This document shows, in pieces, positions 18,409-28,615 of a DNA stretch of 64,000 nt (positions within the stretch are counted from its first letter, which is position 1; each line of letters opens with the position of its first letter). The stretch covers positions 32,671-96,670 of the forward strand of contig JABWCQ010000011.1 in the NCBI GenBank assembly GCA_013360195.1, in the 5' to 3' direction. Below the pieces are notes generated by a model that saw only the letters and a list, made by a program, of their open reading frames with translations, made no database searches and was not told the DNA's origin. This stretch comes from a bacterium (GTDB taxonomy: Bacteria > Electryoneota > RPQS01). Position numbers and translations under genes: made by a program.

Positions 18409-19101
18409 ATGGGCGGTAACGAGAGTATTTGGCAGTTGCTGACTGTAGCATCGCCTTTTGCCAAATTCGTCCTGCTGATTCTGGCCATTATGTCCGTGCT
18501 TTCGTGGACAGTAATTCTGGACAAAGTTGTCATGTGGATGCGTGTGCGCAAGGACTCAAAGGGCTTTGAAGGCTACAACTGGAAGCACTTCGAGCCGCGC
18601 AGTCTGTTTAGCGAGGCACGCCGCTACGGAAGCGCCTTTCCGGCCCGGGCTTACATGTACGCCCATCGCGAACTGTTCGACCGTGGTTTGCCGGATGACC
18701 TGGACGGAGAACTGGTCGCTCGTGAATATGCCCGTGCTGCGGCGCATCACCTCAACCGTGCAGAACGATTTCTGCCGTTCCTGGCAACCTGTTCGGCTGC
18801 GGCCCCGTTCCTTGGACTGCTCGGAACCGTCTGGGGAATCATCTCCGCTTTTCAGCGAATCGGAATCTGGGGCAATGCCAGCATTGCGGTGGTCGCACCC
18901 GGCATTGCAGAGGCACTTGTGGCAACTGCACTCGGACTCTTCGTTGCCATTCCTGCGCTGATTGCCTACAACTTCTTCTCGAATTGGCTGCGCAAAGAGG
19001 CGGAGAAAGCCGAAGCGTTCGGGGATGATTTGGCCTTCGCGGTTGACCGTCAATTGCTGAAGCGCACGGCTGTGACCGGCAACCGTTCGGTGGTGAGCTG
19101 A
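18409..19101 (+). CDS. tolQ: Tol-Pal system protein TolQ (MotA/TolQ/ExbB proton channel)
   Basis: 230-aa ORF with three TM helices. FLGLLGTVWGIISAF and APGIAEALVATALGLFVAIPALIAYNFF are family signatures. It is the first gene of the tolQRAB-pal order. Confidence 0.85.
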   Translation: MGGNESIWQLLTVASPFAKFVLLILAIMSVLSWTVILDKVVMWMRVRKDSKGFEGYNWKHFEPRSLFSEARRYGSAFPARAYMYAHRELFDRGLPDDLDGELVAREYARAAAHHLNRAERFLPFLATCSAAAPFLGLLGTVWGIISAFQRIGIWGNASIAVVAPGIAEALVATALGLFVAIPALIAYNFFSNWLRKEAEKAEAFGDDLAFAVDRQLLKRTAVTGNRSVVS

Positions 19102-19102
19102 A

Positions 19103-19576
19103 GTGGCCGGCGCCGGAGGATTGCCGCAAGAGCACCGCACCGCAAAGGGCAGAGGAAGACAGCTGACCAAGATCAGCTACAGACCTCTGGCCGATATTAA
19201 CATCACGGCGCTTGTGGATGTGACGCTCGTGCTGCTGATCATTTTCATGGTTGCGGCTCCAATGCTGAAAAACTCCGTTGATGTTGCCGTACCCCAGGCA
19301 TCGACGGCAGAGTCGAAAAGCGACGAGGGGATCACGATTACAGTCAAGAAAGACGGCTCGATCCTGATTGACCAGACCAAGGTCGACGAGTCAAGCTTTG
19401 ATATAGCCTTCGAGCAAACTTATGGAGCGTCCAAGGAACCTGTCTTCCTGCAGGCCGACAAGGAAGTTCCCTACCAAAAAGTTCTCCACGTGATAGATGT
19501 GCTGCGGCAGGTAGGAGTCACGGATCTCGGTCTCGTAGCCGACCCGATGCAGTCGCAGACCGGCCGACGGGGATAG
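19103..19576 (+). CDS. tolR: Tol-Pal system protein TolR (ExbD/TolR family)
   Basis: 157-aa ORF. INITALVDVTLVLLIIFMV is the ExbD/TolR TM segment with the conserved Asp. The gene sits between tolQ and tolA. Confidence 0.8.
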   Translation: MAGAGGLPQEHRTAKGRGRQLTKISYRPLADINITALVDVTLVLLIIFMVAAPMLKNSVDVAVPQASTAESKSDEGITITVKKDGSILIDQTKVDESSFDIAFEQTYGASKEPVFLQADKEVPYQKVLHVIDVLRQVGVTDLGLVADPMQSQTGRRG

Positions 19577-20217
19577 TGCTCATGAAGAAGTCGTTTATCG
19601 GCTCTCTCGTGCTTCACGCGGCTTTTCTTGTGGTGCTGATCGTTGCAAGCTATGCCAAGACTGAGGTAAAACGGCCGCTGCCGGATGTCACCAATGTCAG
19701 ACTGATTCGACCCAAACCTGTTCCCGTACAATCCAGCAAGATTGCCGAGGACATCAAGGTCCCGGAAACTCAAAAGCCACTCGAGACTCCCAAGAAGGAG
19801 CCGAAGAAAAAGGTCAAGGAAGAGAAAAAGCCCGAGCCTCCGAAAGAAAAAAAAGTTCGTTCGAGTGACCCGGTGCCTAAAGAGCTTGTTGGTGAAGCCG
19901 GTACTCTGAAGCTGCAGAATCCCGGTTTCGATTACGACTTCTATCTCGCACTGATTCAGTCCAAGATTGAACGTAATTTTCGCCCGCCGCCCGGCGTAAG
20001 AGCTGGAACAATGGCTACTGTTGGATTTGTCATTCTGCGTGATGGAACGGTGTCTTCGATCACGATGGTTCAATCCTCGAAAAATTTGTTAATCGATCAG
20101 GCCGCCGAACGCGCGGTGAGGGCTGCGGGAAAATTTCCGCCGCTGCCGCCGCAGTATGATCAGGGTGAATTAGGAATTAATTTTGAATTTGTTGTCAATC
20201 CGAGCGCGCGTTCTTAG
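19576..20217 (+). CDS. tolA: TolA-like energy transducer (TonB C-terminal domain family)
   Basis: 213-aa ORF with an N-terminal TM helix and a K/E/P-rich linker (PKKEPKKKVKEEKKPEPPKEKK). The C-terminus is a TonB_C/TolA-III-like domain. The call rests on position in the operon. Confidence 0.65.
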   Translation: MLMKKSFIGSLVLHAAFLVVLIVASYAKTEVKRPLPDVTNVRLIRPKPVPVQSSKIAEDIKVPETQKPLETPKKEPKKKVKEEKKPEPPKEKKVRSSDPVPKELVGEAGTLKLQNPGFDYDFYLALIQSKIERNFRPPPGVRAGTMATVGFVILRDGTVSSITMVQSSKNLLIDQAAERAVRAAGKFPPLPPQYDQGELGINFEFVVNPSARS

Positions 20218-21514
20218 TCTCTGCATTCTCCTGTCAGCGTGCGCGAGCCTTGCTCAAATTACGCTGCGCACCGAGACTGCTTCCGTTGGCAGACTCGATG
20301 TTGTCGTCTATCCCTTTACTGCCGACGGTGATGGCGCCTTTATTGGCGAATTGCCGAGGCAATTGTCAGATTTAATCAAGGGCGACCTGTCCTACTCAGG
20401 GTTCTTTAATGTCATCGATCCGTCAGATCTGCCGCCCGACACGACCATTCAAGTCAAGAAGGTCGGAGGAACGTTTGACACGCTGATGACCTTCACAGGT
20501 TCAAGTGCGGCCAGAATTCGCGGCACGGTTTCGGTCAAGTGGGATAAGTCGGTGGCTTCGATCGCCATTTTCCAACCACCACTGCGCGACCCGATTCATA
20601 TTTCCGATTTCACGTTCCAGTCCGACAAGGTGCGTGACGCGGCCCACGAAATTGCGGCCTGGATAACCCGCATGCTGACGGGGGAAGAAGGCTCCTTTCT
20701 GACCAGAATTGCGTTTGTCGTCAAGACAGGTCAGAACAAGGACCTCTGGCTCATGGATTGGGATGGTGCCAACGCTCGCAGCCTGACACGTGACCAGACT
20801 TTGAACATGTCGCCGACGTGGGCGCCGGATGGAAAAACCATATACTTCACGTCGTTCCGTAACGGTGATGCAGACATCTATCGCTATGATCTCGAGACTG
20901 GCAAGGTTCGACCTTTCATTCAGACGCCTCGTACCGACAGCGCGCCGTCGGTTTCTCTCGACGGACAGTGGGTCGCCTATGGGTCGAGCGAATCCGGCAA
21001 TTTTGAAATCTATCGTATTCGCCCCGACGGTACGCAGAAAACCCAGTTGACTTTTAACGGTCGTGACGACACGTCACCGTCATGGTCGCCGACCGGTCGC
21101 GAAATCGTCTTCACGTCCGATCGTTCCGGACAGCCGCACATTTTCATCATGGACTTCGATGGAATCAACGTGCGGAGACTGACTCATTCGGGTGTCTACA
21201 ACGAAACAGCACGATGGTCTCCCCGCGGCGACTTGATTGCATTCTGCAGCCGTGAAAGCGATGCCTATCCTAAGTTCCAGGTCTTTACGGTACAGCCTTC
21301 GGGCGGACGTGAACGAAGGCTGACAGACGGAGGAAACAAGTTCGATTGTTCGTGGTCACCCGATGGAATGAAACTGGTCTTTACATCCACGATTGAAGGC
21401 AGGACTTCCATCTGGACGATGAACTGGGATGGCAGCAATGCGCGCCAGCTCACTTTTGGTCTTGAAGCCTCACAACCGCAATGGGGACCCGTGGTTCCCT
21501 TTGTTTCACCATAA
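20183..21514 (+). CDS. tolB: Tol-Pal system beta-propeller protein TolB
   Basis: 443-aa ORF with a signal peptide. It has a TolB N-domain followed by repeated PxWSPDG-type blades (SPTWAPDGKTIYFTS, SLDGQWVAYGS, SWSPTGREIVFTSDRSG, RWSPRGDLIAF, SWSPDGMKLVFTS). Confidence 0.88.
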   Translation: MNLLSIRARVLSLCILLSACASLAQITLRTETASVGRLDVVVYPFTADGDGAFIGELPRQLSDLIKGDLSYSGFFNVIDPSDLPPDTTIQVKKVGGTFDTLMTFTGSSAARIRGTVSVKWDKSVASIAIFQPPLRDPIHISDFTFQSDKVRDAAHEIAAWITRMLTGEEGSFLTRIAFVVKTGQNKDLWLMDWDGANARSLTRDQTLNMSPTWAPDGKTIYFTSFRNGDADIYRYDLETGKVRPFIQTPRTDSAPSVSLDGQWVAYGSSESGNFEIYRIRPDGTQKTQLTFNGRDDTSPSWSPTGREIVFTSDRSGQPHIFIMDFDGINVRRLTHSGVYNETARWSPRGDLIAFCSRESDAYPKFQVFTVQPSGGRERRLTDGGNKFDCSWSPDGMKLVFTSTIEGRTSIWTMNWDGSNARQLTFGLEASQPQWGPVVPFVSP

Positions 21515-21554
21515 GAATTCTCTATTTATACTTATTTCCCTCGCAGGAGAGAAC

Positions 21555-22082
21555 ATGAAAACGCAGAAACTTGGTTTGCTTACTATTCTCATCATGCTTA
21601 TTGCAGCGCTGGCTGTTGCCCCCGGCTGCAAGAAGAAGATGCCAAAAGAAACCGCACGGCCTGTTGAGCAGCAGATTGAAGAAGTTGCCCCGACAACCGA
21701 AGAGGAAATGACCGGGGACACTCGCAGCGAAATGGAACGTGACCTCGCTCTGATTCAAGTCGTCTATTTTGAGTATGACCGCGCGGAAATCCGCCCCGAA
21801 GGTCGAGAGGCAATTCGGAACAACGCCGATATTCTGCGCAAGTGGACGGATTGGACGGTTACGATTGAAGGCCATTGTGACGAACGCGGCACCAACGAGT
21901 ATAACCTCGCTCTCGGTGAACGCCGTGCCCGCGCCGCACAGCGCGCACTCGAAGCCGAAGGTATCGCCTCTGCACGCATTCGCACGATTAGCTACGGCGA
22001 AGAGCGCCCGGCAGACCCCGGTCACACTGAGACCTCGTGGTCACGCAATCGCCGTGCTGAATTTCGTGTCGCTACGAACTAA
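21555..22082 (+). CDS. pal: Peptidoglycan-associated lipoprotein Pal (OmpA family)
   Basis: ATG 21555 with AGGAGA RBS-like sequence upstream and a lipobox (LAVAPGC). The OmpA-like domain reads VYFEYDRAEIRPE...IEGHCDERGTNEYNLALGERRA...NRRAEF. The track start 21429 lies inside tolB. Confidence 0.9.
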   Translation: MKTQKLGLLTILIMLIAALAVAPGCKKKMPKETARPVEQQIEEVAPTTEEEMTGDTRSEMERDLALIQVVYFEYDRAEIRPEGREAIRNNADILRKWTDWTVTIEGHCDERGTNEYNLALGERRARAAQRALEAEGIASARIRTISYGEERPADPGHTETSWSRNRRAEFRVATN

Positions 22083-22091
22083 TCATCGTTT

Positions 22092-22820
22092 GTGAAGAAA
22101 CTTCACTTTATCTTCCTTGCGCCCGCTTTGTTAGTCGCACTTTCCGGGTGTGCGACCCGAAATGAAATTGTTGGCTTCAAGGAGGATTCGCGCTATATTC
22201 GCCAGCGCGTGGACTCGCTCGCGTTCTCACAAATGAGCATCGAGGAGCAGCTCAATCAGCTCTCCAACGACATGCGTGAACTGCGTGCCAACTCAGAATA
22301 CGGCTCGTCTGATTTGCAGGACCGGGTCGAAACGCTTGCCTCGCGGCTGGACGAAATCCTTGTCCGTCTTGACCGATCGCTCGCTCCCCTGGAGGAATTC
22401 CTGCGCGGCCAAGGAGGAAACACCACTACAGGTCCTGAACCCGCAATGGGTGTGGATGTGTATGACGCGGCGATGCAGGATCTTAGTCTCGGAAACTACG
22501 ACCTCGCAGAAGTGGGCTTCTTGTCCTTTCTGTCGAAGAACCCGCGCTCCGAGTTGGCTGATGATGCGCGTTATGGTTTGGCCGAAACATTCTACGCCCG
22601 CAAGTTGTTTGAGGAAGCTGCGGCTGAGTATTCACGTGTGCTCGATATGGACCCCATGGGCTGGAAGGCTCCAGCCGCTATGCTCAAACTTGGACTGTGC
22701 TACAGACAGCTCGCAAGACCGCAGGATGCGCGCACCGTTTGGAATCAGCTCCTTCGCGATTTTCCAAATAGTGACGAAGCCAAGGTTGCACAGCAGCGCT
22801 TGAACGAGCTTGGCCGGTGA
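22092..22820 (+). CDS. cpoB: Tol-Pal system protein CpoB/YbgF (coiled coil + TPR), here with a lipobox
   Basis: 242-aa ORF with LVALSGC lipobox. It has an N-terminal coiled coil and C-terminal TPR repeats (YDAAMQDLSLGNYDLAEVGF..., ARYGLAETFYARKLFEEAA...). It is the last gene of the cluster. Confidence 0.75.
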   Translation: MKKLHFIFLAPALLVALSGCATRNEIVGFKEDSRYIRQRVDSLAFSQMSIEEQLNQLSNDMRELRANSEYGSSDLQDRVETLASRLDEILVRLDRSLAPLEEFLRGQGGNTTTGPEPAMGVDVYDAAMQDLSLGNYDLAEVGFLSFLSKNPRSELADDARYGLAETFYARKLFEEAAAEYSRVLDMDPMGWKAPAAMLKLGLCYRQLARPQDARTVWNQLLRDFPNSDEAKVAQQRLNELGR

Positions 22821-22846
22821 TGGGCTGACTCCCATTGAGTTGACTT

Positions 22847-22874
22847 TCGCCCCGTCTGATTTCAGACGGGGCGA
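22847..22874 (+). terminator. Intrinsic terminator of the tol-pal operon
   Basis: TCGCCCCGTCTGA (22847-22859) pairs perfectly with TCAGACGGGGCGA (22862-22874). CTTATT follows. Confidence 0.7.
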
Positions 22875-22897
22875 CTTATTAGCTATGATTTTCCGAC

Positions 22898-23977
22898 ATG
22901 ACTGAAATTACTCCTGACAAGGCCAACAGCGTTCTGAGAAAGCGCTTCATTGCCATACTGATGCTTGCTCTGATGGGGCTGTTTCTGTATGTCGTCTCTT
23001 CGCTGCTGCTTGGTGTTGTCGGAGGGTTTATCCTGTGGGCAATTTCGCGCGGGATGTTTGAAAGATTCCGGAAATGGACCAAAGACAGGTCAACACTTGC
23101 CGCCTCGCTCTCCGTGCTTACTTTGCTCGTGCTTGTGATTGGTCCCGTGATCTCGATTCTTTCGCTCATGGTCAATGATGCCGTCAAGCTGACGGGACAG
23201 GGTATTGAGTTTTTCAATCATCTCAAGCCGCGAATACAAGAGTTCATCAGCCGCTTCTCAGCCGGCGACAATCCGAGCATCTTCGGATACTCCATTGATA
23301 TCGACCTGATTGTCAACAAACTGCAGGAATTCTCCGGCACCGCCGCGGAATACCTTGTGACCGCGATGCAAAAGACCGCAGGTGGAGTTGCAAGTGCCTT
23401 TCTTCAAGTTTTCGTCATGCTTTACACCTTGTTCTTTCTCTACCTTGACGGTGAGAAATTTGTAGCGTGGCTCAAAAAGCTGTTGCCGCTTGATGACGCT
23501 GAAACGGACAAATTGTTCGGCCGTTTCTTTGAAACATCCATCACCTCTCTGAAAGCGCTTGGCGTAATCGGAGTCGTGCAGGGTATTCTGGGCGGAGTTG
23601 CGATGTGGATATGCGGTATTCCCTCCCCGTTTTTCTGGACAGTTCTCCTGATATTCGCGACGGTCATTCCGGTCGTTGGTGCACAGATTATTATGCTGCC
23701 CGCGGGAATTCTGCTCATTGTATTCGGAAAAGTCGGGTTCGGAATCGGACTGTTGCTATGGAGTTGGATAGTTCTTGCCAACGTGGACAATTTGCTTCGG
23801 CCGTACTTGGTGGGTCGTGCCGTTCAACTTCACGAGCTTATCGTGTTTCTTACAACACTGGGCGGCATCGCCGTATTCGGTTTCTGGGGCTTCCTTGTTG
23901 GACCGGTGATCGCGTCACTCCTGAGTGTAATGACAGAATTCTATATAGAAAATCAGCACCGCGAGCTTAAAGCTTAA
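22898..23977 (+). CDS. AI-2E family transporter (PerM/UPF0118)
   Basis: 359-aa polytopic membrane ORF. Its layout and the C-terminal NLLRPYLVGRAVQLHELIVFLTTLGGIAVFGFWGFLVGPV segment are typical of the family. Confidence 0.85.
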   Translation: MTEITPDKANSVLRKRFIAILMLALMGLFLYVVSSLLLGVVGGFILWAISRGMFERFRKWTKDRSTLAASLSVLTLLVLVIGPVISILSLMVNDAVKLTGQGIEFFNHLKPRIQEFISRFSAGDNPSIFGYSIDIDLIVNKLQEFSGTAAEYLVTAMQKTAGGVASAFLQVFVMLYTLFFLYLDGEKFVAWLKKLLPLDDAETDKLFGRFFETSITSLKALGVIGVVQGILGGVAMWICGIPSPFFWTVLLIFATVIPVVGAQIIMLPAGILLIVFGKVGFGIGLLLWSWIVLANVDNLLRPYLVGRAVQLHELIVFLTTLGGIAVFGFWGFLVGPVIASLLSVMTEFYIENQHRELKA

Positions 23978-23981
23978 AAAA

Positions 23982-24007
23982 AAACGCCCGGCAATGACCG
24001 GGCGTTT
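23982..24007. terminator. Bidirectional intrinsic terminator between convergent genes
   Basis: AAACGCCCGG (23982-23991), CAATGA loop, CCGGGCGTTT (23998-24007). An A-run lies upstream and a T-run downstream. Confidence 0.8.
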
Positions 24008-24027
24008 CAATTGTGATTCGCGCACAT

Positions 24028-24681
24028 TTACTCAAACCGTTCCGGGAAAATCGTACCGCCTGATACGATAAGACGAAACGCTTCGTCCGTACTGAGGTCG
24101 AGTTTCTTAGTCTCCTTTTCGGCTACAAAGAACAGAAAGCCTGACGTTGGGTTTGGAGTCGTAGGTACAAAAATGTGCAAGTATCGCTCTTCCCCAATCA
24201 AAGTGCTTTCTCCTGTCACAAAACCGACGGCCCAGGACGTATCATTCGGAAACTTCGTCGCGACAACGCCGCGAAAGCTCTTCTTGTCTCCGAAAAAGGC
24301 TTCAAGAAACTTCCGTACCGATCCGTAAATGTCGCTCACCAGCGGAATTCGATTCAGCAATCTGTCGACAAGTGAAAACAGTCTCTGCCCGAGAACTCGC
24401 TGAACAATCAGACCTATCAGTGCAATCAACAGCACCGTGAGCGTGAACGCCACGACATCCGACAGCAATTCGACAAGCTTCGACTTTTCCTCAAGCTGGA
24501 GAATCTCAGCAGCTCCGTACTTCACATACGGAGACAGCACGCCGCCAAGCAGTTTGACTATGAGCAGAATGATGTAGCCTGTCAGCCAAATTGGAGCGAG
24601 AAAAAACAGTCCTGTCGTAAAGGCGCGGCGAAACCGTTTGGCCTTGGATTCCGGAAGTCTGGTAGGTTCAGTTGTCGACAT
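24028..24681 (-). CDS. DUF502 domain-containing membrane protein
   Basis: 217-aa ORF. FFLAPIWLTGYIILLIV, RIPLVSDIYGSVRKFLEAFF, WAVGFVTGE and VPTTPNPTSGFLFFV match DUF502 conserved blocks. Confidence 0.8.
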   Translation of the reverse strand: MSTTEPTRLPESKAKRFRRAFTTGLFFLAPIWLTGYIILLIVKLLGGVLSPYVKYGAAEILQLEEKSKLVELLSDVVAFTLTVLLIALIGLIVQRVLGQRLFSLVDRLLNRIPLVSDIYGSVRKFLEAFFGDKKSFRGVVATKFPNDTSWAVGFVTGESTLIGEERYLHIFVPTTPNPTSGFLFFVAEKETKKLDLSTDEAFRLIVSGGTIFPERFE

Positions 24682-24721
24682 AGAGAATGCGCCCGTGAAG
24701 TTTGTTCACGGGCGCCACGTT

Positions 24722-25042
24722 TTAGTTACCGGTTACTGGTTCAGCCGGTGTAGGTACAATCTTCCACAAGTACTCTCGTTCGCCCACAAGGCCGTATTGC
24801 CGTGCGGCAAGTTCAAGCGCCGCCTCGTCACCGCGCCGGACGGCTTCAAGATATCTGCTTAACTCCGCCTTCTGAAGCTCGCGCGCAGCAATCTCCTGTT
24901 GCTGACGATGATAAGTGTCTCTGAGCCGGTTCGCCTCGCGAACTCCGCCTTCGCCAAAGTAAAACCAAACTGAAAAGGCGATAACGGATAAGCCAAGCAC
25001 CGAGTACCATGACACCTTGCGTATTTTCGCCCAGTTCGCCAT
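24722..25042 (-). CDS. ftsB: Septum formation initiator family protein (FtsB/DivIC-like)
   Basis: Single TM helix (WYSVLGLSVIAFSVWFYF) plus a short coiled coil and the C-terminal ARQYGLVGEREYLWKIV motif. It lies directly downstream of eno, a common arrangement. I prefer ATG 25042 over the track GTG 25057. Confidence 0.65.
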   Translation of the reverse strand: MANWAKIRKVSWYSVLGLSVIAFSVWFYFGEGGVREANRLRDTYHRQQQEIAARELQKAELSRYLEAVRRGDEAALELAARQYGLVGEREYLWKIVPTPAEPVTGN

Positions 25043-25047
25043 TCTAC

Positions 25048-26397
<1,350 letters not shown>

Positions 26398-26408
26398 TTA
26401 CTCAACCC

Positions 26409-26705
26409 CTACAGCGACGGGTCGTCAACCTCCTCGGCCGGCTCACTTGTATGGTCCCCTCCCAAAATTGAGTCGTGAATCTCCAAGGCCCGTGTATAGT
26501 ACTCCTCCGGAACCTGTATCCGCCACGCCTTTCCGAGCGTCTCTGTTCCTGTCACCACCCCCAGTCCACCACTTGCCAAATCCGTCTTGACGATGTTCGG
26601 AATCTCCTCATTGTCAAGTACTTCCGTTACCATGGCCACCCAAACACCCCCTCCAAGCGGCGGCAGCGACTTCCAATTTGTATAAGACTTGACTTGGTCG
26701 CTCAT
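26409..26705 (-). CDS. Small DUF2007-like (putative signal-transducing) protein with acidic tail
   Basis: 98-aa ORF with an ATGA overlap with the upstream HD gene. VWVAMVTEVLDNEEIPNIVKTD ... WRIQVPEEYYTRALEI resembles the DUF2007 beta-alpha-beta pattern. Confidence 0.35.
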   Translation of the reverse strand: MSDQVKSYTNWKSLPPLGGGVWVAMVTEVLDNEEIPNIVKTDLASGGLGVVTGTETLGKAWRIQVPEEYYTRALEIHDSILGGDHTSEPAEEVDDPSL

Positions 26706-27700
26706 TGCTCTCCCCTTTCTGATTCATCCGCCGATCGGAAATAGAAAAACCTTTCCATCAGCCGTTGATAGTCCGAAAACTCCTGCATATCCGGCGTCTT
26801 CGCCCTTACTTGTTCAAAGGCGTTAACCCGACTGTCAAGCTCATCGAGGTAGTGCAACACCAGCGCCTCCAGCGTCATCGGCTTCACAGGCGAGCCCTTA
26901 TCCCCGTCTCCCTGATGCGACAATATCAGATGCAGCAACTGCTTGCGCATTTCTGCCGGAAAATTCTCTATCGCTCTAATCTTCTCTTCCACCAGCAGAG
27001 TACCCACTGTGATGTGCCCAAGCAGCCTGCCATCGCTTGTGTAATCAAGCGCGGGTTCAAACGTCAACTCGACCACCTTGCCGATATCGTGAAGCAGTGT
27101 TCCGGTAATCAGCAAATCACGGTGCAACTGCGGATAATGTTCCGCCATTTGTCCGGCCAGTTTCACCATGGACAGCGTATGCTCGACAAGGCCTCCCACT
27201 GTTGAATGATGCCAGTTCTTGCCGCCCGGCGTCTCCAGAAACTTGCTCCTCAACTCGTGGTCGTCAAACACCAAATGCAGAAGCCTGTTCAACGATTCGT
27301 CTTTGACCGAATCAATCTGTTCGTTGAGCAGTTCGCTCGCCCGGTTCGGAGAAAGAGCCGAGTGAGGCAGAAAACTTCTCTTATCAGGAACTTCCTGCTC
27401 GCTCGCCTTGCGAATCTGTGACAGAGTGAGGCTTGGAGTCTTCATGTAGAAATCAACCCTGCCATCCACATAGACTGCATCGCCGGCCCGCAGCGACCCA
27501 AGCGCATCACTGAAATTATCCCACTGCTTGGCCTCAATTTTCCCGCTTGCGTCCGCGAGCTCGACTACAAGAAATGGCTCGCCGTTCTTCTTGTTGCGAG
27601 TCTCGATCTTGGTCAGCAAGTAGAAACCCTGCACCTGATCGTTGGCCGAGTATTCACGAACTGCTTTCAGGTCCGGGGTTGTCGCAAGCGTCACGGCCAT
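26702..27700 (-). CDS. YhaM-like 3'-5' exoribonuclease (OB-fold + HD domain)
   Basis: 332-aa ORF. The N-terminal OB-fold reads FYLLTKIETRNKKNGEPFLVVELADASGKIEAKQW. The HD domain has NWHHSTVGGLVEHT ... LLHDIGK. Confidence 0.75.
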   Translation of the reverse strand: MAVTLATTPDLKAVREYSANDQVQGFYLLTKIETRNKKNGEPFLVVELADASGKIEAKQWDNFSDALGSLRAGDAVYVDGRVDFYMKTPSLTLSQIRKASEQEVPDKRSFLPHSALSPNRASELLNEQIDSVKDESLNRLLHLVFDDHELRSKFLETPGGKNWHHSTVGGLVEHTLSMVKLAGQMAEHYPQLHRDLLITGTLLHDIGKVVELTFEPALDYTSDGRLLGHITVGTLLVEEKIRAIENFPAEMRKQLLHLILSHQGDGDKGSPVKPMTLEALVLHYLDELDSRVNAFEQVRAKTPDMQEFSDYQRLMERFFYFRSADESERGEQ

Positions 27701-27701
27701 C

Positions 27702-28595
27702 TCAGTCGCACTCCGCTAGTCGCCTGCTTATCTCATCCAAGTCTTCCTGTGGTCTTCCCGATTCCCGCGCCAGCATGGTGGCGATCAACAGCTCATATTT
27801 CGCCATACCACGTTTGTTCGACGCTTCGAGCGGATCCACGGCAGACAGATTCTCCGCCCATTTCAGAAAGACCATTGCCAAACCATAATGCGCCCAACCA
27901 ACTCGAAACTCCTTCGTGTCGCCGGTCATCATCTCCCACTCTTCCCATGCCGCAAGCGCCGCTTGCGCCTTCTCCTGAGCCTCCTCGAAATTATGCAGCT
28001 CGGCCAGAGTTCCGGCCAGATTGTTGCTGCTTGTCGCTTGTGCACGAATTCTCGTAACCGGCTCTGTTATCTGTGCCGCAACTTCGAGACTTTCCCGCAG
28101 TACGCGCTCCGATTCCGTCCAATCCATCAGATAGTAGCAGTCCACGTCTATGCTGATAAGACAGTCGTGCTCTTCCTCGGCAGAGCCGTAGTGCTGCGCC
28201 AATTCCAGAGCGGCATAGTGCCTTTTTCTCGACTCCTCATATCCCCCTCGTTTGCGCTCGATATAACCGAGCTTGCGTTCGATCCGCGAAAGCAATCGTC
28301 CTGATTCCGCTGCTCCCGAAATCTCTTTGCATTTCGCCGCCGCCTGTTGCAGCACCGTCTCCGCCTCGTTCAAATTCCCCTGTCCAATCCGTGCCAGACC
28401 CGACAGATAGCCGTGCCATGCAAAGTCCGATGGAGTCTTCAAATCCACCCGCAACAAAACGAGCGCTTCATCGAAGCGCTCATCGTCAATCGCCTCCTGA
28501 GCTCGCTGCGCCCAGGGTTGTCCTTGCAGAACTCCTTCAGGCCGCTGAGCCAGCACAGTCGTCGTTAGAATCAATAGCAATCCCCAAATTTTCAT
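27702..28595 (-). CDS. Secreted TPR-like repeat protein
   Basis: ATG 28595 gives the signal peptide MKIWGLLLILTTTVLAQ, followed by helical repeat units (AWHGYLSGLARIGQGNLNEAETVLQQA, YYAALELAQHYGSAEEE, NNLAGTLAELHNFEEAQEKAQAAL). The track start 28712 overlaps the upstream gene. Confidence 0.6.
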   Translation of the reverse strand: MKIWGLLLILTTTVLAQRPEGVLQGQPWAQRAQEAIDDERFDEALVLLRVDLKTPSDFAWHGYLSGLARIGQGNLNEAETVLQQAAAKCKEISGAAESGRLLSRIERKLGYIERKRGGYEESRKRHYAALELAQHYGSAEEEHDCLISIDVDCYYLMDWTESERVLRESLEVAAQITEPVTRIRAQATSSNNLAGTLAELHNFEEAQEKAQAALAAWEEWEMMTGDTKEFRVGWAHYGLAMVFLKWAENLSAVDPLEASNKRGMAKYELLIATMLARESGRPQEDLDEISRRLAECD

Positions 28596-28615
28596 TGAGA
28601 ATGTGGTACGGAGGA

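Noticed and set aside
19740-19870. Repetitive AAG/GAA/CCN-rich DNA encoding PKKEPKKKVKEEKKPEPPKEKK
   Set aside because: This is the usual Lys/Glu/Pro-rich periplasm-spanning linker of TolA/TonB proteins, not a novel repeat element.
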